From: Candidatus Hydrogenedentota bacterium
GTDB taxonomy: Bacteria > Hydrogenedentota > Hydrogenedentia > Hydrogenedentales > JAEUWI01
NCBI GenBank assembly: GCA_034669905.1
Contig: JAXMOL010000008.1
Location: 1 to 64,000 of the forward strand
Direction: 5' to 3'
Length of the DNA stretch: 64,000 nt
The translations under genes and the position numbers were made by a program. Positions 39,794 to 48,500 of the stretch are shown one piece after another (position 1 is the first letter of the stretch; each line of letters begins with the position of its first letter). The notes under the pieces are model-generated. The model did no database searches and was not told the DNA's origin. It saw nothing but the letters and a program-made list of their open reading frames with translations.

Positions 39794-40552
39794 TCAGGGC
39801 GTCGGGCCGATGAGCATGCCCCCATCCACGACGATGGTTTGACCGGTGACGAGTTGACTGCCGGTAACCAGACTGATGATGGCATCAGACACGTCTTCCG
39901 GCGTACAGACTTTGTGGAGGGGCGAGCGGTCTTCACACTGTTTCTTGACCATGTCGTAGGCATGGCCGAGGCCCTGCTTGAGCCATTCCCCTTCGATAAA
40001 TCCAGGGGCCACCGCATTGACCCGCACCTTGGGTGCACACACGCGGGCCAGGGCCACCGTCATGTTGAGCAAGGCCGCTTTGGACGCACAGTAGGGAATG
40101 GAACTGCCCGTAGCCGAGATACCGGCAATGCTGGCCACGTTGACCACGCAGCCGGATTCGCTCTTAGAAAGGACTGGCAAGGCAGCCCGTACCATCTGGA
40201 AGGGCCCCTTGAGGTTTACGCCCATGATCCGGTCCCAGTCGTCGTCGTCGACCTGGTCCAGGGCATTGTGGGGAATAAAGCTGGTCGTACCCGCGTTGTT
40301 CACCAGCGCATCGATCCGGCCGAGTCGTTCGACGGTGCATTCCACGAGGTGCTTGCAGGAGTCGTTGTCTGACACATCGGCCTGTACGGAAATGGCCTGA
40401 CCGCCCAGGGCCTGAATCGCCTGCACGACCGCCTCGGCTTCCCGGTGGGAACGGCTGTAGTTGATGGCGACGGCGTAATTCAGTTTGGCAAGAGCCAACG
40501 CGGTGGCCCGTCCTACTCCCCGGCTCGCACCGGTTACAATGGCCACTTTCAT
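39794..40552 (-). CDS. Classical SDR oxidoreductase (FabG-like)
   Basis: TGASRGVG, NNAG, YCASK, NAVAPG, TGQ..VDGG. Confidence 0.92.
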   Translation of the reverse strand: MKVAIVTGASRGVGRATALALAKLNYAVAINYSRSHREAEAVVQAIQALGGQAISVQADVSDNDSCKHLVECTVERLGRIDALVNNAGTTSFIPHNALDQVDDDDWDRIMGVNLKGPFQMVRAALPVLSKSESGCVVNVASIAGISATGSSIPYCASKAALLNMTVALARVCAPKVRVNAVAPGFIEGEWLKQGLGHAYDMVKKQCEDRSPLHKVCTPEDVSDAIISLVTGSQLVTGQTIVVDGGMLIGPTP

Positions 40553-40820
40553 GGAAGCACCCACAGCAAACTCCTTTTCTCGCGTGGACTACGCGTTTTG
40601 GGCCAGCCCGAATGACGATGGGGATTGGCCCCGCTCAGGATCGCGCTGGGGCAGGTCACGATAGGGCGCACAACCTCAGAACGACTGGTCGGTAGGATGC
40701 CACACCGGACGGCGAATCGCAACCCTTCGCATGTTTGCATACGGGACTCCGGTGCCCTAGAGTATGAGGGCAATCGACACCGCCCCCTGGGGTAGCGTGA
40801 CAACGACTGGGGACCTCAGC

Positions 40821-41576
40821 ATGCAACTACGTGCCGTATTGGAATACGGGTGGAAAGAGCGAACGGACTTGCCCTTCGCTACCGACTGGGACCGGGCCGC
40901 CGTCTCCGAAGAGGAGTCGGGGGGCTACGACGCGGCCCTGGCCCGTATCGTGACGGGACAGACCGCGGTGCAAGGGGTCGACAAACTCTTCCGGCGCCGC
41001 GGGGAGGTGGGCGTAGACCCCATCAAGCGTTTTGTCAAAGGACTCCTGGAATGTGACGACGACGCGACCTTAACCTGCCATATCGATTACTTCGCCTATG
41101 TCTTTCTCAAGGGCGCGAAGAACTTCGACTTCTTCTTTCCGGCGGTGAAAGAGGATTCCCAGATCCAACTCGCGCCCCTCTTCGGACCCGATGGCGTCGA
41201 ATCTATCATCGGCTCCATACAGGACTTTGAAATTACCGGGGGCGGCAACCTCGACAAGGGCATCAAGGCCACCTACCTGGACGCCCGGCCCCTGGCACAG
41301 CGGGAAAGCGCCCGGGATGAGTGGCGCACCCTGGGCGTATTGCTGTATAGCGGACCGTCCACCCTCGACAGCATCTCGAAAGATCTGGGGCTGGGCTACA
41401 CGCTGGCCGACCGGCTGCTCGTACCCTTTCGCCGATGCGGCCTCCTGCGCAAAGACGGGGCCGTCTATTGCCTGGAAACGGCCCCGGCGAAAATGGCCAT
41501 TACCCTTGCCCTCCTGCGGGCGGTGCTGGGACTGAATCCCCTGGAAGAGGAGCGGACCCTGTGGAAGCTATCGTAG
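40821..41576 (+). CDS. Hypothetical protein with C-terminal winged-helix-like domain
   Basis: LLYSGPSTLDSISKDLGLGYTLADRLL..F..CGLL...G..Y fits a wHTH; N-terminal part not recognised. Confidence 0.6.
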   Translation: MQLRAVLEYGWKERTDLPFATDWDRAAVSEEESGGYDAALARIVTGQTAVQGVDKLFRRRGEVGVDPIKRFVKGLLECDDDATLTCHIDYFAYVFLKGAKNFDFFFPAVKEDSQIQLAPLFGPDGVESIIGSIQDFEITGGGNLDKGIKATYLDARPLAQRESARDEWRTLGVLLYSGPSTLDSISKDLGLGYTLADRLLVPFRRCGLLRKDGAVYCLETAPAKMAITLALLRAVLGLNPLEEERTLWKLS

Positions 41577-42448
41577 AAAACCTGGTCAACCCCTGGGTGC
41601 TCGCCTATATGGTGTTGCTCCTGCTCTCCGTCGTCTTCCCCCGCCTGTTGGAAAAGATCGCCGCGACCAACCGCGAAATCGATCGCCGGGAGGCCAAACT
41701 CCACGGAGAACCGGTGATTGGTCCGGGCTTCCGCCTGGAAACGAGCCGAAAAATCGCGTCGCGGGAGTTCACCATCTTTTCGGCCATTGCCCTGCTGGCC
41801 CCCTTCATTCTCGGGGGTATCGCGTATGCCAGGTATATGCCCCTGCAGGAAGAAGAATTTGTGTCCGTACAGAAGAGTCTCGGCACCGCCTTCGTCGGGC
41901 TCTTCATCTGGATTTCCGTCAGCGGAACCGAAACGGCCAAGGCCTTCTTCGGGGGACTCGCTTTTCGCGCGCTGCTCGCCCAGACCCGGCCTTTTCAGGT
42001 AGGCGATCGGGTGACCCTGGACGGCTACTCAGGGCGCGTGGAAAACATTGGCTTTTTCCACGTATCGCTTATCACGCCCGATGACGATCTGGTAAGCGTC
42101 CCCACCTACCAGCTCTGGTCCGAACCCCTGGTATCGACCAACGCCGGCAACCGCATGTCCCTCTGCGTCATCGATTTTTACCTGTCACCCCGGGGCAATG
42201 CCGAGCAGCGCAAAAAAGCCGAGGCAATCATCCGCGACGCGGTGCAGGCTTCCATCTACTACGAACCCGCCAAACCCCTGCAGACCTATTGCAACCAGGA
42301 GGTGGACGCCATCCATTTCCAGGCCAAGGCCTACGTCACCAGCACCTATCGGGAGTTTGAGTTTAAGGACGACGTCACCAAGAAGACCCTCGACGCCTTC
42401 GACGAACACAACATCCCGCTGGCCTTGCCAAAACGCTATGCAGAGTGA
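41561..42448 (+). CDS. MscS-family mechanosensitive channel-like protein
   Basis: GAGGAG plus GTG start; 3 TMs; RPFQVGDRVTLDGYSGRVENIG..DDDLVSVP. Confidence 0.8.
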   Translation: MEAIVENLVNPWVLAYMVLLLLSVVFPRLLEKIAATNREIDRREAKLHGEPVIGPGFRLETSRKIASREFTIFSAIALLAPFILGGIAYARYMPLQEEEFVSVQKSLGTAFVGLFIWISVSGTETAKAFFGGLAFRALLAQTRPFQVGDRVTLDGYSGRVENIGFFHVSLITPDDDLVSVPTYQLWSEPLVSTNAGNRMSLCVIDFYLSPRGNAEQRKKAEAIIRDAVQASIYYEPAKPLQTYCNQEVDAIHFQAKAYVTSTYREFEFKDDVTKKTLDAFDEHNIPLALPKRYAE

Positions 42449-42578
42449 GGAGTGAAGTTCGTGGTGGGATGACTACGGCTTCCTCACCTATCAAGACTTC
42501 CTCGAGGGTGCTCCCTTCGAAGACGGGCGGCAGGGGTGGCGTTGTGGGTGTGGGGGCTCTGGTAAACCTTTTCGCGCC

Positions 42579-43598
42579 TCACGTCGTGGACAACACCACA
42601 CGAAAGCGGGCTTTACCGCTCATCATGTGTTGGTAGGCGGCTTCGGCTTCTTCGAGGGGAAAGACTTCGTTCATGGGGCGAACCCCATTGATGGCACTGA
42701 AGGCCAGCGTGGCCTCCGCATCGATGGCGGTTCCGGAATACCATCCCCGAACGGTGTAGCTGCCGCCAATCATCATGCCGGGATTGACCTCAAGGGATTG
42801 GGCAGCGCCCAACACCATAAGGGAGCCCCGCGGCGCCAGCCCGGGCATTGCCGCTGTCATGGCAGGACCATGGGTCACCGTGGCAATGATGGCCTGGGCC
42901 TTGCCCAAATCGGAGAGGGCGGCGGCGGGGTCCCCCGCCTGGCTGTCGATGTAGTGGTCGGCGCCCAATCGAAGCGCCAGCTCCGCCTTGTCGGCACCCC
43001 GTGCAATCGCCACCGTACGAAAGCCCATCTTCTTGGCGTACTGCACGCCCAGGTGACCGAGCCCGCCAATCCCGAGTATGGCCACCGTATCCCCCGCCTG
43101 GGCACCACAGTTGCGCAACGCGTTAAATGGGGTCAGCCCGGCGCACAGTAAGGGAGCCGCATCCAGGGCATCGATGCCCGCTGGCAGGACGGCAACGGCA
43201 CTGCTATGGGCGACCATGTACTCGGCATAGCCCCCGTCGTAGGTGGTGCCCGTTATCGTGTGGCTCTCTTTTTCACAGGCGAAAAAATCACCGCCGCGAC
43301 AGGGATTACAATGGCTGCAATAACCGCCGTTCCAACCCACGCCCACCCGCTGCCCCGGTGTCAGTCGGGTTACGTCGTCACCGACGGCATCCACCACCCC
43401 CACGACTTCATGTCCGGGCACCAAGGGATAGGTCAGTCCCGGGAAGGCGCCTTCCTTGGCAAACATGTCACTGTGACACACCCCGCAGGCCTCTACCTTG
43501 ACCCGAACCATTCCGGGACCAGGCTCAGGGACAGGACGCTCCACGATTTCGAAGGGAGCGCCGGCGGAGGGAATCTGGGCTACACGCATGGTGGTCAT
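42579..43598 (-). CDS. Zn-dependent alcohol dehydrogenase
   Basis: ACGVCHSD, PGHE, C..C..C....C, APLLCAG, GIGGLGHLG, RFRVVL. Confidence 0.93.
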   Translation of the reverse strand: MTTMRVAQIPSAGAPFEIVERPVPEPGPGMVRVKVEACGVCHSDMFAKEGAFPGLTYPLVPGHEVVGVVDAVGDDVTRLTPGQRVGVGWNGGYCSHCNPCRGGDFFACEKESHTITGTTYDGGYAEYMVAHSSAVAVLPAGIDALDAAPLLCAGLTPFNALRNCGAQAGDTVAILGIGGLGHLGVQYAKKMGFRTVAIARGADKAELALRLGADHYIDSQAGDPAAALSDLGKAQAIIATVTHGPAMTAAMPGLAPRGSLMVLGAAQSLEVNPGMMIGGSYTVRGWYSGTAIDAEATLAFSAINGVRPMNEVFPLEEAEAAYQHMMSGKARFRVVLSTT

Positions 43599-43784
43599 GG
43601 GAGTTCTCCGATGGGTTGTGTTGATCGTGTTCGAAGCCCACGCCGCACGGTGGGCCGATAGCGCCATCCTACCACCCCCACGTGGAACCGACGCAAACGG
43701 AAGACCCCGGCCAGTATTGCAATCGTTCCTGCGCCACCGTAGTATGGTCTCCAACGTTTTCTTTCTTCCATTGGAGTCATTCTC

Positions 43785-45125
43785 ATGAGCTGGAAACCTA
43801 TCCCCGTTTTCGCCCTGGTCCTGGGGGCTATCATCAGCACAACGATGGCTACGGCCGCACCCACCATCACCGTGGTCACCGAGGAGCCCGTCTACACCCT
43901 CGTTTCGCCGGGTAACGGCGCGGGGCCCTTGTGGTGTTATGGATGCACCCAGGTAGTCCGGCAGGGCGATGAGGTGGTCATCAGTCAAATGGAAACGGGT
44001 GAAGACGTCCCCCTGCTGTGTAACACGCGGTGGAAGTTGCTCACGCGGAAGGACGGCGCCTGGGAGACCTTCGCGGAGGCGGAAGGCTATCGCCAACGGG
44101 AACCCTGCCCCATAGGCGTGACGAAAGACGCGGGCTTTTTTCTCTATGTAAACGATTCCCTGACGCCGCCCGGCACGCACTACAAAGAGTGTGAGCCCCA
44201 CCTGCTCAATTTTGCCTCCACAGCGCAGGGCAGCATGCCCAAGAAGCTTTCCCCCAAATGGGATGAGGAGCAACCCTACTACACCGACCATTCCTATCGC
44301 GGTTTCGGGGTGGACGGTCCCAACAACGAGCTGCTCATGTTGAACATCGACGCCAAGACGAGTATTCAGCACTGGTGTCACCTCGACCAGTCGGGGAAGA
44401 CGTTGGCCAACGGATCGATTACCTTTCCCATCCGCTCGGCCTATCTCCAGGCCGCCCTGAGTAACCGCGCCGCCCACGTGCTGGCCATCAGCGACATCGT
44501 CGAGCCGGTGGACGAGTGGCGGGAGTATAAGTTCGCGGAGACGGAACGGAAGTGGGACTATGTGTTTCGCATCCTCTACTACACCTGGACGCCGAATACG
44601 CAGAGCCAGCCCTTTGCGGAACCCATCGAAATCGCCAATGTCGACAAAACGGGGGGCTACATCAGCAATCAGGATCTGTGGATAGCTCCTGACGGCAGCG
44701 CCTATCTCCTCTATCGCGAGCAGGAAGTACAGTCCGCCCTGATGCGCGATAAGTTCTTCCCCGAGGGCTCGCTGCTACCCACGCTCCATGTGACCGTGGT
44801 GAAGGATGGCAAGATTGTCGACCGCCAGGTCCTGGTGGAAGGCAACGACACCCAGTCGCCGGGCAACGCCCGTTTCCATGCGACGCCGGACGGCAAACTC
44901 TACGCCCTGGCCTACGTGGGTGGTGCGGAAGCCGGTATGAAACTCATCCAGGTTTACCCCAGGGTGGATGAGCCCGTGTTGATGCCTGTCCCGTTGGAAA
45001 AGCCGTTCAGCGCCTTCTGCCTCGCCAATACCCGAGCCGGCTGTGCCCCCTCGAACACCATCGACATCTTCGGCTATGCCGGGGGCGGGGGCGTGCTTTC
45101 CTATGCGGAATTGACCTTGAAGTAA
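43785..45125 (+). CDS. Secreted hypothetical protein (possible beta-propeller)
   Basis: Signal peptide; beta-rich; DLWIAPDG and FHATPDGKLY repeats. Confidence 0.75.
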   Translation: MSWKPIPVFALVLGAIISTTMATAAPTITVVTEEPVYTLVSPGNGAGPLWCYGCTQVVRQGDEVVISQMETGEDVPLLCNTRWKLLTRKDGAWETFAEAEGYRQREPCPIGVTKDAGFFLYVNDSLTPPGTHYKECEPHLLNFASTAQGSMPKKLSPKWDEEQPYYTDHSYRGFGVDGPNNELLMLNIDAKTSIQHWCHLDQSGKTLANGSITFPIRSAYLQAALSNRAAHVLAISDIVEPVDEWREYKFAETERKWDYVFRILYYTWTPNTQSQPFAEPIEIANVDKTGGYISNQDLWIAPDGSAYLLYREQEVQSALMRDKFFPEGSLLPTLHVTVVKDGKIVDRQVLVEGNDTQSPGNARFHATPDGKLYALAYVGGAEAGMKLIQVYPRVDEPVLMPVPLEKPFSAFCLANTRAGCAPSNTIDIFGYAGGGGVLSYAELTLK

Positions 45126-45149
45126 CCTCCTGAGACGCGCCGGAGGAGG

Positions 45150-45327
45150 GCGATGCCGAGTAAAACGAGGTTTCGTGTGCGTGGAGGGCAAGTGATGAGT
45201 CCTCTTCGAGATGCGCCAGATTCGGGCGTCCGAGCCCAGCCGTCGAAGAGACGCCCGCGTACGTCCGCTACCATGGCCCCTCGTCGGTATCGCTCCACGC
45301 GCACAAACCCTCGCACCTCGGGATCGC
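45150..45327. other. 178-nt imperfect rod-like hairpin (candidate ncRNA or MITE)
   Basis: 45150-45186 pairs with 45293-45327; inner stem 45202-45209 with 45243-45250. Confidence 0.5.
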
Positions 45328-45510
45328 GCGGCACGAAGATGGTGCTATTCAGGTCACCTGCGACGAAGACCGAGAGAGGCCCTGCGGCCGTGCTCCTGTC
45401 CCATCCGGGGCACACCGTGCTATGGTAGAGGGACGCGGCGGGCACCGAGGTGGCACCCCGCCCGCTGCGACACAACGCATCAACCGAACGTTTATTCCAG
45501 GGATTTCGTT

Positions 45511-48500
45511 ATGTACCGCTGTACCCTTCTCCGGACTCGTGGGAGTCTGCTTCTTCTTTCCGTGCGCATCGCGCTGGTGCTGGCTTGCTTCCAGGGAGCA
45601 CAGAGCGCTCCCAAACAGGCGACCGATACCAGCACGGTGGAGGGCCAGTACTTTGCCCATGACATGTTCGAACGCTATACGGATGGGCAGGAGCTGGGCC
45701 GGGGCTTTCGTACCTACAATCCCAACAATCAAATGACCCGCCTCTTTACGTACCCGGTCTCGACGCCCCTGGATTACGAGGTGGCGACAAACGGCAGCTA
45801 TCGGCTTTACACGGACACCTTCGACGGAGGATTCGGCGGAAGCATCGGCCTGGCCGGGGGGCTCACGGTATTCAGCCAGGAGAGCGCGCCGAATGCTGAC
45901 CCCCAGGTCCCCGACGGCTTTGCGAGCCTCCAGCTTTCGGTCCGCCAAGGAAGCGGTATGAACGACAGCGCCTTCGACGGAAGTTACAGCTACCACGCCC
46001 TTCTTCGCGACGACGACGGCACCTATCGCACCAGCTTCGGCGCGGCCAACGCCAATGGTGGCGGTGCCTACTTTCTGATTCGTGAATCAGCCATCGTCCG
46101 CACCTTCTCCTACGACGTGGTGTCCGATGGCCGCATCGACCTCGGCCCCCAGGAACCCAACTTCGCCGCGGTTGTGCCGGGGGGCGATGTGGTCGTCAAC
46201 ACGGCCACCTACGACAATGGGGATGACCCGGAAGCGCCGGACGGTTACACGGGGCTGGCCCTCTACCTTCGTCGCTTTCCCGACAACGATGCAACCTATA
46301 CCGATTTTCGGGGCACCTACCGAATCCATCAGCTCAGCAGTGATGGCAGCACCACGCCCCGGTCGGAGGTGGGTACCATCACGGCAGGTGGGGGCGGTTA
46401 TTTCTTCGGCACGCTGGATGGACTCGACTACTCCGGGCAGATTCAGTTGAATACCACGGGCACCTTCACCCTCGTGGACAGCACTGCCTACCAGGGGACC
46501 CTCAGCGCCGCAGGCGACATCGCGGTCCTCACCACTACAGGCAGCACCACCCCGACCCTCACGCTCTGGGTGCGCACGGCGGGCGGCCCTGGCAATGCCC
46601 GCGACGAAGATGGCGACGGCGTCCCAGACAGTGAGGAAGGGGCACTCGGCACCGCAATAGACAATCCGGATACGGACGGCGACGGACTGCTGGACAACAC
46701 GGACACCCGGCCCACCATCGCCGACAATGTGGTGGCCGCCACCCTGAGTGAATCGCGCGTGGTCTTCGAGTCGGATGGCCCCACGAGCGCCGAGCTTACC
46801 CTGACCCTGGACAGCGATGACTTCCCCTTTTTCGATTGGACCTTGTCCTCCAACGTTTCCTGGTTAACCCTGGATCGTTCCGAAGGGTTCGGGGACGACA
46901 CCATCACGCTGCGTATCAATGCAGCCAACCTCACCATCGAAGACAGCCCCTACGTGGCGACCATCGACCTCGTCGCGCCCAACATGGCCCCCGTTACCCC
47001 CCTTTCGCTCACCGTGGAGATTGCCACCACCCAGGTCGACCTCCTGGTCTCCCCGGAGACGCTTTCGCTGGCGGCTATCGAAGGGGGCCCGCTCGTCTCG
47101 GCAACAGTCTCCCTGAGCAGTCCGGATGGCGATGATTTCTCTTGGGAAAGTGACGGGGTCCCCACCTGGCTGACGGTGACCCCGCCGGAAGGGGTCGGCC
47201 CCACCGAAGTGACCCTCACGGTGGACCCGACCGAATTGGTCGTGGCGAATACACCCTATACGACCACGATCACCTTTCGACCCGACTTTGCCGGGCCCAA
47301 GTCTGCGACGGTCTCCCTTACCGTGGACGTATTGCCACCGCGTGAAATCGATGTCCCCTTTCCCCTGTTCCCGGGCGAGAGCGCCCAGACCGGTCCCGCC
47401 GTTGCTTTCGACCCCACCACGGGCCAGTGGCTGGCAACCTGGGTCGAAGAGGAGGCCATCTGGTTGTTGATACTGGATGAAACCCTCCTGCCCTTCGGTG
47501 ACCCCGTCCAGCTTTCGGGCGATTTCTTCGGCATCGCCGACAACCCCGCCATCGTCCTCGTCGATGACGCGCGCGAGGCCTGGGTCATCTGGGAACAGCG
47601 CCAGTCCCCCACCGACGATGCCATCCTACAGGTCCGGCCCATTGACCTGACAGACCGCAGCCTCGGTAACCGCTTCGGTTTCACGACGGCATCGGGCGAC
47701 AAGTCCACCCCGTCCGCCACCTACAACGCCGTGACGAACGAGGTGCTGGTGACCTACGACCTCGAATTTGCGGACCAGGCCTTTGTCGGACAGGCGCGCA
47801 TCGACGGCACCACGCGGGAGGAGCGGGGCACGGGCTTCGCCGCCACCAACGACCATCACCAATCCCGTCCAGCTGTGGCCTGGCTCGCGGACAGCAACCG
47901 CTACCTGGTCGTCTGGCGCGAGATTATTCCCGGTGAAGAAGCGGATGTCATCCAAATTCGAGCTGCCCGTCTCGACGGCGATACGGGGGAAATTCTCGGA
48001 GAAATCCTTGTCGTCGATGAGGAGGCCCCCAACGCCGCTCACCTTCGGGTAAGCGCCGCGACGGGGTTGGGCAGCTGGACCGTCACCTGGTCGGAAGCCT
48101 CGTTGACCAGCCTGCCCGCCCGATTACAGAGTCGCGCGGTCACCGCAGACGGCCTCATCGGAACCCGCTACACGCTGGATACGACCCAGCGGGCCATTCC
48201 GCCGGTGGAGATGGCCTACAACCCCGCTTCACGTTTGGGCACGATCCTCTGGACCCGCGCCCCGGGAGAGGAAGGCGACGTGGCGGTTTACCAATACACG
48301 TCGGGCCAGGGCCAGCCTCTGGGCGATCCGGTGAGTTTACCCGACATGCCCCGTTCGGCGAGTAGTGCCGCTGTAGGGGCCAACCCGAATGACAACGAAA
48401 TTCTATTGGTTTGGGAAGACCCCGCGACCATTCCGCGACAGCTTCGGGCACTTCGGATTTCGGGCGGCTCCGACGATGTCGATGGGGATGGGCTCCCCAA

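Noticed and set aside
42579..44477. 632-aa alcohol dehydrogenase fusion as given in the ORF track
   Set aside because: The N-terminal extension is antisense to the gene at 43785-45125; the real start is about 43598 with an RBS. Similar over-extensions were trimmed for recG and the giant protein
45190..45256. Hammerhead ribozyme-like GTGATGAGTC...GAC
   Set aside because: Core reads GUGAUGA rather than CUGAUGA, and the required GAAA after stem II is absent
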